From Octopus vulgaris (lineage: Eukaryota), in the NCBI GenBank assembly GCA_951406725.2, contig OX597831.1, positions 42,098,001-42,162,000 of the forward strand: a stretch of DNA of 64,000 nt. The letters are read 5' to 3'. The translations under genes and the position numbers were made by a program. Shown in pieces: positions 50,894-63,739 of the stretch; position 1 is the first letter of the stretch, and each line of letters begins with the position of its first letter. A model generated the notes under the pieces. The model was not told the origin of the DNA. It saw only the letters and a list, made by a program, of their open reading frames with translations, and did not search any database.

Positions 50894-51419
50894 TAGGGGG
50901 TCACCAAACTTTTTTCACAGAGGGCCAGATAACTGAGAGAATGACAAGTGGGGGCCACATAACCATTTTGTTCAATACATTACAGTGAATACACAAAAAG
51001 TAAAGACAACCAACATATTTATTTACCAAAATGTTATCAACGAAGGCGACGTTTAGCAATAAGATAGTTATACCACACTCAGTATGCACATATCCGAATC
51101 TCACAAACTAAGCAGCAGAAAAGGTTGGTGGGATTTGTGTAACTGGTGTTTAGCTTTTAAGATATTATCAATATTTGCTTAGGAATTGCTGCATCCAACC
51201 AAGAGAATTGCTTTGAAATGTTCATCAGTCAACCTCGTTCGATGTGCTGACTTCACATCCTTCATTACTGAAAATGTTTGCTCACAGACATAAGTTGTTC
51301 TAAACACTATTGCCATACCAAATGCAAATGAACTATCATTGCTGGTACTTACACAAAAGATACAGGGCGGTGGAGGGCAAGATGAACTGCCCTTGCGGGC
51401 CGTAGTTTGGTGACCCCTA
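50894..51419 (-). mobile_element. hAT (Charlie/Buster-like) deletion derivative
   Basis: TIRs TAGGGG(G)TCACCAAAC, 8-bp TSD ccttagag/ctttagag, internal TTYVCEQTFSVMK.VKS.HR.RLTDEH. Confidence 0.9.
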
Positions 51420-52562
51420 CTTTAGAGGAAAAGGGTTGTTTGAAAAACATCCCACTTTTGGTAACATGAAGTAAACCAGAAGGCTTTGCTTTCCAGTTTA
51501 TTTGATATCAGAAAATCTCATTTTCTTTGAAGAAGAAACGTGACACCGTAACAGTAATTACAATTAATTCACTTTCTTGCAGGTGCAAAAAAAAAAAAAT
51601 AATAATAATAACAAAGTTATTGCTTTCATAGGAGTGGGGGTCAGGATAACGGAAAAACAAGTCGAAAAGTGTTGTGAAGACAAGTTATCGTCACAGAGAA
51701 AAAATCCTGAGTGTTGTTGTGAATGCTGGTAGAGGCTATTTTCAGATAGTAGTGTGAATTCGTCGACTAAGAAACGCCCCTTTTGTTTTCACATTAAACA
51801 TGGCTCTGCGTTTTCGGAGTTGTATTTATTTAGCAAGTAGTTTGGATTAGAAATCATATGTTGAAACTGAAATAAGTACGTCGTGGAAACATTACAACAA
51901 CTTTTTAAAACACACATCAACCGTTACATTAAAATACTATACAAAATGTTAGTAGTATTTCGTCGTACATCTACATCTTCGTCACTAACGAATGTCAGTG
52001 GCTAATAATGAGTCTTCCTCATAAATTAGTAATGGTTATTATATTTCTTACGTAGAAGAACGACACACAATTGGGAAATCATACACATTACAGATACATT
52101 CTAAAAGTGTTCTGAAGAATTTCAGTGAATATGCGGAAATAAAGCGACGCAGTGCAATAAATAAATGTGCGGTGGGGAGAATAGCAAAAGAAACAAGAGA
52201 ATTATGTTAAATTCTTTTGTCTGAGCATTGAACTATACAGCTGGCATGAAGGGGTTCATTGATCCAGCCAGAATGCTATGAGTGTTTACTGTATTGAACT
52301 AATAATAATAGAAGGTGCAGGTGGTTAATGGAAACGGTACAGCTTCGGAACATAGGCCTTAGAAAATTTGTTTTCGTGTCTTTTAAGTGTCATGTTCAAG
52401 CCGTGCGGTGTTGTCTCAGCCTTTAGCCCCGCTATAGTCGAGAAATTAGTACCAGTGGGCATGCCGTGACCGATTCAATCGGTCATGCGGTACCACTTAC
52501 AAAAAGAAAAAAAAGAAGTTATATGTTTAAATAAAAAGAAAAGAATACACAGTGTCTGTGAA

Positions 52563-52612
<50 letters not shown>

Positions 52613-52746
52613 AGATTAATCAGCCGAAATTGCGAAGATGATCTGGTTCATGACTGAGGGCTTCGAATGTCCCGTCCTGTGGTTCTTGTGTCGTCTCTTT
52701 GATGTTTCATGTTCTTGTCCATGTCTGTATTTATTTTTTACTGTTT

Positions 52747-52791
<45 letters not shown>

Positions 52792-52988
52792 TCCCTAGTT
52801 ATAAGTAAATTTACAAGCTATTGTATGGGCAATCTGATATTATAAATCAATCAATACCACAACTGTTGCCATGTTTTAAGTATTAACAGAAAGATGGAAA
52901 ATTCGATCACTTTGACACAAGAAACAAACGCTTATAATAATAACAATTAAGATAATAACAATATCTGATGGTAAGGAAAACAACTCAC

Positions 52989-53060
52989 ATCGGTCTCAAG
53001 AACATATTTTGATGTTTCTTCGTCTGAATTAACAACAGACTTCCAAAACACGGCTTTCAT
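52989..53060 (-). CDS. CRYZL1: CRYZL1 coding exon 1 (MKAVFWKSVVNSDEETSKYVLETD)
   Basis: ATG in aaaATGA context, 72 nt, GTGAGT donor, phase 0. Resembles the N-terminus of CRYZL1 (MKGLYFQQSSTDEE...). Confidence 0.85.
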
Positions 53061-53129
53061 TTTGACCGGTGTCGAGGGAATTTGTGTATCGGTTTTCAAA
53101 ATGTGCTGAAAACTTGTCAGAATCCTCTC

Positions 53130-53226
53130 CTTGAAACTTTCTCTTTCTCACTGAATTCTTAACTCTAATTAATTTCCTCTTCTTGAAACTTTCTCTTTCT
53201 CACTGAATTCTTAACTCTAATTAATT
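53130..53226. repeat. 52-nt tandem duplication immediately upstream of the CRYZL1 start
   Basis: cttgaaactttctctttctcactgaattcttaactctaattaatt at 53130 and 53182. Confidence 0.9.
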
Positions 53227-54622
53227 AATAATAGCATTAAAAAAATTAATTATATATATCTAAAAACAATGTAGCATTTCATTAATCCGGTTCTCTATTA
53301 ATTTTTTCTGAACTTCTGATATATTTTAATGGATCTTTTCGGTTTGAACGGCAGTTTTTAACATAATTTCTAGGTAACTAAAAAATTTTAAACTTCGTAT
53401 ACTGGTAGAAAGTGTTTATAAAACATCTTTTTCTCTTGGCTTTATTGAGAAAATTCTATAGTTTGTAAGATATTTGGTCTTTAATCTCTTGCATTTCGGC
53501 AATTTCAACCAATCAATGACCGTCTATTGAGGTGAAAACATTCTGTGCCGTATGAATATGTCCCTCGTTTAAGAAACAGATTGGGTTTATTTACATTTCT
53601 GGAGAAAAAAATACCCTGCCCCCACCCCTAACCCTAAAACAGTTTTCAACACAATTTCTAGTTAACTAAACACTTTTAAACTTCGTATGGATCTTTTCCT
53701 TTTGAACGGCAGTTTTCCCCTTTCATTCTTTTAAATATATTTGTGTAGGAATTGCCAATTTCTTCTTCATGCCCTTACTTACAATTCTTAGTGCAGGTTT
53801 TTTTCCCTGCTGCTGGGGTTGGTAGATTAAGTACCCGTTGCTTACTGGGGACAATCTAATCGACTGGCCCCCTTCCGCCAAAATTTTGGAATTTCTCCCT
53901 AGACTACCAAAGAAAGAAATTAAAAATTGATTCAATCACTGTTTGTATCTTTCAATGAAACTTGCTTTGAAATTTGTTGCAAGCCTGCATGACTTTTCAA
54001 CTTCTGCATGAACTCTGTGTACTTCGCATTTGCATCACAAATTGTAATAACCTGCTTGCATCTGTCTATGTACCCTGCTTTCAAATGTATTACACACCTG
54101 TTGTATAATTTCAACTTCTTCATGAACTCTGTGTACTTTGCATTTGCATCACAAATTGTAATATCCTGCATTAAAATTGATTTACACTTTATTTGGTTTT
54201 GTTTCTCCTTTTGTTTACATTGTGTGCATACCTTGTTATGGTTTATGTTAGGGTTAGAGCTATGGTCTAGAATTGGCATCAGATAGCATGCTAAATTGTA
54301 AATGGCCACGTTTACTGTATGCTAAACTGGCACTAGAGATTTAATGAAACAGTTTACCTATCAGAATTTAAGTCATGAAAGGATTAGTTAGCATTGTCAA
54401 CACACTTCACATTTCTCTGTTTCTGTGGGCAATGACATAAAATACTAGATAAGGAGTGGGTCGATATAGTTGACATTTTGTCCTCCTATAAAATTTTTAG
54501 CTATGTGCCTTTGTTAGAAATTCTTGTTAGTACTATTATATAGTGCGAGCAAGAGAACATCTACAGGTTTTCTTAAACTGGTCATGTGAATGTAGATGAT
54601 GTCTTTTTTCAACTTGTGTAAA

Positions 54623-54852
54623 TTAACCCTTTAGCATTCAAACCGGCCATATCCGGCCAGAATATTTAACCTGTTTTATACTGAAACTGATCAGAGCTTG
54701 CCTCTTACCTCAGCCCTACCATGTCATTCTAAAACTAAAAAAACCCACATCACTGAAATCTCTAAACTACAAGATAATGCATGATTAATTCAAAACAATA
54801 TAAATAAACAAACATCACATTTGACAGAATAATCTGAACACTAAAGGGTTAA
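54623..54852 (+). mobile_element. piggyBac-type MITE (copies at 555-778, 27161-27391 and 48741-48968)
   Basis: TTAA TSD, CCCTTTAG...CTAAAGGG TIRs, shared ~225-nt body. Confidence 0.85.
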
Positions 54853-55809
54853 TGTCTGATGAGAATGTGATTCCATGTAGAGGCTGCCATTCTGGAGATA
54901 AATGATTGGATAAAATATTTAGTATAAGGTTCTAGCTGTGAGACATGTTAAAGATGATGATGTAAGCTCAGTTTGATATAGTATACAGCTTACTAATTCA
55001 CAGGAATAGTAGTGGGTGTTTGGGTTTTTTTTTTCCCATGTTTTATCTGAACAATTTGGCTGGATAAAGGGGGCTGTATCCTTGCCTTTTGCATTCCTTC
55101 TGAGACAAAAGGCAAGAGCTGTGCCTTCAAAACTGGTAAGATTGACGTAGTTGATCTTGAATAAAATGTGTGGATGGCTGCAGAGGAAATAACATGGGCA
55201 AGGGAATTTCAGAAGGCTGACAATCTGGTAAGAAAGAATTTAATGCTTAGTTTGCAGGTGAATTACATGCTACATGATCTTCGAGCCTTTTGTCACCAGA
55301 TGCTGTAACATGGTTTGTATCCAATATAGTAGTACCACCACTATTGGGATATTGGCCTAAAATATGTGGTACCAGTGTGATAAAATAAGATAATGCAGCA
55401 GCAATAACAACATAACTATCTCTCAAGAACCAACAAATATTCCAAATGAACAAACCAACCCACGCTCTCGAACTTCACTACGAAATAACACAAACTATAT
55501 ACACTCTCTCGGTTCAGTCCATTCCTCACAAGAGGGTACCTTGACTCTCATCACAACACTGAGAGTGTAAGAGGTGACTTATGGTTACTAACTTTGTTCT
55601 GCCAACAAATTTCCATTTATTTCTTCTTAAGCTTCTCTTACTGCTGGAAACCACCTCTGCCTGGTACTGGCATTTATGTGAACAATGTAGACAATTGACA
55701 AGTATCAAATACCATAATACATAAATTCATTATTTATTAGAATTATTTTCAATTGTAGAAGTATCATAATTACTAAATGGTAATTCATTAGCATATTCAG
55801 GACCATTTA

Positions 55810-57810
55810 GTCACCTACCAATCTGGTAGACACACTAGTCAAATTGACTACATCCTCACCAGGAAACAGGAAAGACAACTACTTGTAAATGCCCAAACCT
55901 TCCCAGGTGAAGAATGTACCCCACAACATAGATTAGTAGTTAGCGACTTCAGGATCAGGGCTAAATGGATGCCCAGAAGACGACCAGAATGGAGGAGAAG
56001 GGTCTGGAAGCTTAAGGATCCTGCAAAAAGTGATTGAGAGACATATTACTCAAAGCTGTGGAAGACAACTGGAGGTTTCTACAGGACAACCTTTTGAGGG
56101 CTAGTGACCAGATCTGTGGATGGTGCAAAGTCTCCTCTCAACCCAAGGTAATGTGGTGGTGGAACAATGTTGTTGACAGGACTAGTAAGGAAAAGAAACA
56201 GGCTTTGAAGGACTTGAAGACCGGTGGTAGCAGGGAATTGTATCAGACTGCCAAAAGGGAAGCTAGGAGACAGGTTTATTTAGCCAGAGGAGAAGCAGAT
56301 AAGGAAAAATTTGCCAATGTTCTGTGCCGTGAGGACCAAAGACTTGAAGTATTTTTCTGTTGCAAGACAGTATGTGAGAGAGAATCGCGATGTCCTAGGA
56401 GAGAAATGTGTCCGCATGGGTGATGGTTCACTTGCTTTAAACGAAGCTGCAAAGAGACAGGTTTGGAGACGCCATTATGAAAGTTTGCTAAATAAAGTGA
56501 ATGAATGTAAGAAAGAGAGTCTGTCGAATGCCAGCCCAACAGAGGGACCAGCTATCTATCCAAATTGACAGTGCCTTAGTAGGTAAAGCAATTTAGGGTA
56601 TGAAGACAGGGAAAGCCCCCGGACCATCAGGAATCACCACAGAGATGCTCAAAATATCTGGCGGTGTCAGCTATAGCCTAGTCAACCAGATGATACATGA
56701 AGGAATCATACCCAATGACTGGTGTAGCAGTACCATAGTCAACTGCTAACAAAGGTAAAGGTGACGCATTAGATACAAATAATTACAGAGGTATCAAGTT
56801 GTTGGATCAGGTAATGAAGGTCATGGAGAGGGTCATAGCCCAAGTAATTAGGGAGAGAGGCAGTCTAGATGAGATGCAGTTTCGGTTCGTGCCAGGGAAA
56901 AGCACCACTGATGCTATATTTCTGATAAGACAGATGCAGGAGAAATACCTAGTACAAGATAAAACTCTGTACCTGGCTTTCATTGACAGGGTCCCCCGAT
57001 CCCCTATCTGGTGGTCAATGAGGAGACTAGGGATGGATGAATGTTTATTGAGAGCTGTACAAGCCATGTACAGTAAGGTGAGGGTTGGCAATGAGTACAG
57101 TGAAGAATATCGGGTAGGGGTAAGGGTCAACCTAAGATCAGTCTTCAGCCCCCTCTTATTCATTATAGTCCTCCAGGCAATAACAGAGGAATTCAAGACA
57201 GGCTGCCCCTGGGAGCTCCTCTATGCTGATGACCTTGCACTAATAGCAGAGTCACTGCCGGAACTGGAGCCAAAAGTGAGGGCGTGGAAGCAAAGTCTAG
57301 AACTGAATGGCCTTAGGGTTAACCTAAGCAAAACCAAAGTTCTAGTTAGTGTGTAGGCTGTCAAATCACAAACTCCTCTGTAGAAAAGGCATTGGTAGAA
57401 ACTCCATACGATGCACCTGGTGTAAGCTATGGACACATAAAAGGTGCAGCAATATCAATGGAAGGTTAACTGGGAAAATTATTTCTTGTGTGTGGCAGAT
57501 GCAGTGGGGCAATAAACACTGAAGATGTTCAGAAAACAGCTTCCATTACATGCCTGGGGAAGAAACTAGAAGTAGTAAATACTTTCTACTATCTAGGTGA
57601 CTAAGTATGTAGTGGGAGTAATTGCTCTGCGAGTGTAGCGACTAGAGTAATAATAGCCTGGGCAAATTCAGGGAGCTCCTACTTCTGCTGGCAGCTAATG
57701 GCCTCTCACTCAGGGGAAAAGGTGGACTGTATGATGCATGTGTGTGAACTGCCATGCTATACGGTAGTGAAACATGGGCCATGAATGCCGAGGACATGCG
57801 TAAGCTTGCA
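55810..57810 (+). mobile_element. Degenerate RTE LINE (RT region)
   Basis: WWWNNVVD, QFRFVPGKSTTDAIF, DRVPR, SPLLFIIV, ELLYADDLAL, LYGSETW. Confidence 0.95.
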
Positions 57811-58067
57811 GTATGCTTGAGTCAAGTAAAACCAGTACTGTAGCTGGGATCCGGTGCCCCACTAGCTGGCTCCTGTGCTGATGGGACATACAGAGCACCC
57901 ACTACACTCTCAGAATAGTTGACATTAGGAAGGGCATCTAGCTGTAGAAATTGTGCTAGACTAGATTGGAGCCTGTTGCAGCTGCTGGCTCTCCAAGATT
58001 TCAAACTGTCCAACCCATACCAACATGGAAAACGGACACTAATTGATGATGATGATGATGACGACGA

Positions 58068-58354
58068 CGGTTAAAAATTTTCGGTATGCAAATTAGGGAC
58101 TCCTGCATAGAATAAATGCTGTATTTGTTGAGTATATATAGAGTTTATAGAGCGGTTAAAAATTTTCGGTATGCAAATTAGGGACTCCTGCATAGAATAA
58201 ATGCTGTATTTGTTGAGTATATATAGAGTTTATAGAGCGGTTAAAAATTTTCAGTATGCAAATTAGGGACACCTGCATAGAATTAAATGCTGTATTTGTT
58301 GAGTATATATAGAGTTTATTGAGCGGTTAAAAATTTTAGGTATGCAAATTAGGG
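58068..58354 (+). repeat. 85-nt minisatellite, about 3.4 copies
   Basis: Units start at 58068, 58153, 58238 and 58324. Confidence 0.95.
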
Positions 58355-58898
58355 CTAGGGTTAGTGACAGGATGTTGGCTCAGTTTTAGACGCAGCAAAT
58401 GATTTTAGCTCAATAAAAGTCATCGATTGGTTAAAATTCGAAAAATTAAACTACGTTAAACTTACAAATTACAATTTTCTCAAGAAAGCCAAGAGAAAAA
58501 AATGTTTTATTTTGACACATTCTACCAGTATACGAAGTTTAAAAGTGTTTAGTTAACTAGAAATTGTGTTGAATACTGCCGTTCAAAAGGAAAAGATCCG
58601 TAAATATAAATACTGAACTTAGCATCCTGAAGGAAATATCAATTTTCTAAGACACACAATTCTAATAACTTGTGGCAGAAGTAATGAATACATGCACATA
58701 AACACACGCACACACATGCTTTCTCTTACACACACACGCGCACACACCATGTCTGCTTGTATTATATACATACATTCAGATCGTGAATTTATTTTCATCT
58801 CTATTCCAGCAGCGGAGCTTTATATATTTATTACAAGAAGACTTCAAATAATTAAAACTAGAAGAAAACCCCACCCCATCTCTGTATCTGCATATATA

Positions 58899-59101
58899 TA
58901 TGAGGGGGTGCTGAAAAGTTCCTAGCCTCAAGGGTGTCGCGAAAGGCCTGGTTGGAGGCCCAACCTTCCGAGTTGTTCTGAAGGACCGCTGCAATAAGTG
59001 TGTGAATCTGAGTGGGGAATATGTTGAACAAAATCATAATTAGCTGCTCCTCCTGTATTTTCTTTTACCCGAAGTCAGGAACTTTTCAGTGCCTCCCTGT
59101 A
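58899..59101. mobile_element. Mariner-derived MITE
   Basis: TA-TGAGGGGGTGCTGAAAAGTTCC ... GGAACTTTTCAGTGCCTCCCTG-TA. Confidence 0.8.
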
Positions 59102-59207
59102 TATATATATATATATAAATTAGAAAATAAACCACCTTTTATCATTTCAAAATGAAAAATTAAATTACACCATCTAGAAAATTACATATAATAGAAATAT
59201 TAAATAT

Positions 59208-59343
59208 AAGATAAAAAAAATATACCGATGATTAAGTAATGTGCAAAATAATAAATAAAACGTATACATTTGGTAATTATATATTTGGTATATTTTTATT
59301 TATTTTTTGCACATTACTTAATCATCGGTATATTTTTTATCTT
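59208..59343. repeat. Fold-back (~50-bp arms) of the same pLTR-like repeat as 43200-43350
   Basis: ataccgatgattaagtaatgtgcaaaa / ttttgcacattacttaatcatcggtat. Confidence 0.85.
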
Positions 59344-60640
59344 GTGTGTGTGTGTGTGTATGTGATTGTAATTTATGCACGTACACAAATTAGCACACAT
59401 GTTGCTCCAATTTTAGGAGGACATTCGTCAACATCCTACCTGGGTTTTGTCAACTTATTTTTTTCCCGAGGCACCCGCGGATACTGGTAAAAATCTATTT
59501 TCAGCCATAGATTTTATCTATTTTGAAGGTTGCTAACATTAGTTAAGTCCCTTCTAGCCATAGCCAAGCAAAAGTGCGTGTGTGAGGGAGAGAGAGAAGT
59601 TGTGTGTTGATGTGTGTGTGTGAGGGAGAGAGAGAAGTTGTGTGTTGATGTGTGTGTGTGTGAGGGAGAGAGAGAAGTTGTGTGTTGATGTGTGTGTGTG
59701 TGAGGGAGAGAGAGTATTTCGCAACGTCTAACAAAAATAGTAAAGAAAAAGTATGTGTAAGGAAGAGCGATCTAACAAAAAAAAAGGTAACGACAAAGTG
59801 AGAGACAGAGAGATGGGGGGAGGGAGAGTAAGTCACAGCGTTCATAAAAAATAAAATGTACAATGTTTTGTTATTTCTTAAACACGAGATATAGTGTTCA
59901 AATTTAGGATGTTTTTGAAAGACACTATATTTTATAATCCGAGTATATATATACTTTCTCACACAACAATTACAATATATTTATTTTAAATCATTTATTT
60001 ATTTTAAATCGTTCATCTTTCTCCCCCCTCTCTCTCTCAAACATATATTAATTTGGGTGCGAAAGAGTTTTGTTTTTATATTACGCCTAGTAAAAAAGTG
60101 TTTTGTTGACAATCCATTTATTTAATATATCAGCACTGCCTTTCAAATATCTCATGAACATTACAAACACCTGACAGCAGAGCCTTCAAGCATATAACAG
60201 AAGTTATCTTTATTTCCTTATATAACCCTACCAATTTCAACGGATTTCTGACATAAAATAGAGAAATGTTTTTGTTTCACTTTTAACACGTAATACTGAA
60301 ATAATGGAGAAGATATGATATTGCTATGGGCTCGCTCTAGGCAAGAAGTTGAACATTGTTTTGCCCATGAAACAACACGGACCCTAAGTAAGGCATGTGT
60401 AAAATTTGAATGAAATTGGTTGTGTAGTTCTCAAGTTTTAGGGAATTGTAGTGGAGAAGATATGATATTGCTGTGGGCTCGCCCTAGGCAAAAAGTTAAA
60501 AAAAATTTTGCCGAGGACATTCCTCGGACCCTAAGTAAAGCAGGTGTAAAATTTGAATGAAATTGGTTGTGTAGTTCTCAAGTTTTTGGGAAACACACAG
60601 ACAGACACACATTCTCAGTTTTATATATATATATATATCT

Positions 60641-61427
60641 TCGCTTTCAATGCCACTACATCCCGTCCGATTCGCTCCAAAATTTACAGGGACATGTAGA
60701 ATGAGGTGACGATGCTCGTGGGCTACCTTAGAAATCCCTATCTTAAAAGGTGTGGTTGTTAGGGGCCATCTTCCTCACTCACGCTATTTCCTCCGTTACC
60801 CTCTCACTCCTCTTCATATATAAGTTTGACAATGCAACTACCGTTATTTAAAGTATCTGTCACTCTCGCTATTTCCTCTCTTTTTCACTGACTCTGTTTC
60901 CTACCTTCCCATCACGTCGGCGGCGTTCTTTTAAGTATCTATCTGTCACCAACAACACACGAGCATGAGAACAAATATTATGAATCAGATATTCTTGCGT
61001 TCATTTATATGTGTGTGTTCTATATATAAATATGTATATATAATGTATGTGTGTGTGTGTTCTATATATAAATATGTATATATAATGTATGTGTGTGTGT
61101 GTGTGTGTTCTATATATAAATATGTATATATAATGTATATATACAAAGTGTATATATCTGTATTTATGTATATTAAACTTTTTCATACTTTTTCATAGTT
61201 ATATATATTTTTAAACAAATTATAAATATAATTTAATAATTTTTATTTTCAATTTAAATAATTTAAATTTTTCAATTTTATATTTTATATATTTTATATA
61301 TTATATTTTTTTTTAATGTTTTTGTTTTTGGTTTTTCACTGTTTGATTTGCCTATTAGTGGTTTTATCTCCAATTTAATTTATACAGATATATATCTCAT
61401 TTGTATACATTTGTATATATAATGCGT

Positions 61428-61496
<69 letters not shown>

Positions 61497-63706
61497 ATGT
61501 GTGCATTACGTAGTCGGTCGATTCAGCTGAAAATATGCACACCTATGTTAAAAGTGCTGGCAAGTTTGCATGACAACTATTTTTCCCCTCAAATGAAAGG
61601 CGTCACCTCTAGGATAAAATTCCTCATCTTATAAAATGTGGCCCCAGTAGACCCGAATGAAATCGGGTTATATTAACCAAAATGTGAAAAGGGGTCTAAA
61701 TGGGGCTGGAAGGGGGTTAACATTTCAAGGAGCAGGTGTTTAGGAATTCTCTGTTACATCAAGCTAAAAAAATTGCGCCAGCCTTTTAATCGTCAAGGTG
61801 TTGCCGTCCATAATAAAGAAGTTTTGAATGCTTGCCATGGTGAGTCTACTGTCGTGAGAAAGAATCACTTGGTGTTTACGAATTTTCTTTTACATCAAGT
61901 TCAAAATTTTACGCCAGCCGTTAAACTGTCAATACGTTGTTGTCCGTCGTTAAGAAATGCCAGCCATGGTGACTTTACTATCCTCAGATTCTATCCCTTC
62001 AAACTTTGGTTTCCAATATTTTATTATTTTTATTCAGCTCGCAAGTTCGTCTGTCCCTTTTAAATGTTAGCGTCTTGCTGTCTGCCTTGAAGCAGACCTT
62101 TCCGTTGCCACTGCCTGATATTTATGATTGATCTTTCTAAATATTTTATTTCTCAACTTACTCAAGATTTTCTGTTGTTTATAAATCGGAGAGAAATAGA
62201 TAAAGATAGAGAGTCAGAGAAAGCGAGGGAGAGTCCGAGAGAAAAGAAAAGTAAGAGAGTGGGAAAGTGAGAGAGAAAGGAGAGAGAAACAAAGACGGAG
62301 AATCATCATCATCATCATCGTTTAACGTCCGTTTTCCGTGCTAGCACGGGTTGGACAGTGTGACCGGGGTCTGGGAAGCCAGGAGGCTGCACCAGGCTCC
62401 AGTCTGATCTGGCAGTGTTTCTACAGGTGGATGACCTTCCTAACGCCAACCACTCTGTGAGTGTAGTGGGTGCTTTTTCGTGCCGCCGGCACAGGTGCCA
62501 GGGGGGCTCGCAGCGGCAACGATCGGTTGGTGCTTTTTACGTGTCACCGGCACAGAAGCAAGTCAAGGCGGCGCTGCAATCGGCCACGTTCGGATGGTGC
62601 TTTTTACGTGCTGAAAGGAAGCAACAGAAAGTAACAACCACACTCTTACCCGCGCGTAGAGCGGGTCACCTTCAGCTAGTCTCTCTATATAAAACTGAAA
62701 TGCGTTTTTACCGCTTGGATCGCTTTCAATGCCACTACATCCCGTCCGATTCGCTCCAAAATTTACAGGGACATGTAGAATGAGGTGACGATGCCTGTGG
62801 GCTACCTTAGAAATCCCTATCTTAAAAGGTGTGGTTGCTAGGGGCCATCTTCCTCACTCATGCTATTTCCTCCATTACCCTCTCACTCCCCTTCATATAT
62901 AACTTTGACAGATCCACTACCTTTATTTAAAGTATCTGTCTTCCTAAAATCAATCTCGCTATTTCCTCTCTTTTCACTCACTCTGTTTCCTACCTTCCCA
63001 TCACGTCGGCATTCTTTTATGTATCTGTCTGTCACCAACAACATACGAGCATGAGAACAAATATTATGAATCAGATATTCTTGCGTTCATTTATATGTGA
63101 GTGTGTGTTCTATATATAAATCATCATCATCATCATCATCGTTTAACGTCCGTTTTCCGCGCTGTATGTGTGTGTGTTCTATATATAAATATGTATATAT
63201 AATGTATATATACAAAGTGTATATATCTGTATTTATGTATATTAAACCTTTTCATACTTTTTCATAGTTATATATATATTTTAAACAAATTATAAATATA
63301 ATTTAATAATTTTTGCGTGATGTAGATATGCCATTTGAATATGGCTAACTCCTAAGGGTGGATGCTACTGTAGTTTTTAGCCCCAGGGAGACATCTCCTC
63401 CAGCTGGCTATAGACACACTTTCTGTGGCCTATCAGTATTTGCAAAGGGAAGCCATCCTTCCCGTCTTCAACTTATGATACACACAGACCCGAGTTTCAA
63501 GGTATTGACCTATCATCAGCGTGTGACAATCACAGTTGTCGATAGGAAGTTTCAATTTAAATAATTTAAATTTTTCAATTTTGTATTTTATATATTTTCT
63601 ATATATTTTTTTAATGTTTTTGTTTTTGGTTTTTCACTGTTTGATTTGCCTATTAGTGGTTTTATCTCTAATTTAATTTATACAGATATATATCTCATTT
63701 GTATAC
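60641..63706 (+). mobile_element. Tandem non-autonomous Helitron copies
   Basis: 60641-61405 is repeated at 62720-63706. The junction shows hairpin acccgc/gcgggt, CTAG, then TCTCTCTATATAAAAC. Confidence 0.8.
63481..63525 (-). ncRNA. Compact minimal hammerhead ribozyme
   Basis: cacacg-CTGATGA-t-aggt-caat-acct-t-GAAA-ctcgg-GTC-tgtgtg. Confidence 0.75.
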
Positions 63707-63739
63707 TTCGCCGCTTGAAGCAGTTTTTTAGTACAAATT

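Noticed and set aside
51640-52200. CpG-richer unique segment with AAACATGGC as a nested plus-strand promoter or ORF
   Set aside because: The ORF stops after 16 codons, there is no convincing donor, and the sequence alone gives no other support.
54856-54880. CTGATGA-gaat-gtg-attc as a hammerhead
   Set aside because: Followed by CATG instead of GAAA, with no stem I or III.
58068-58354. CRISPR-like array
   Set aside because: The repeats are contiguous with no unique spacers, in a eukaryotic context with no cas genes.
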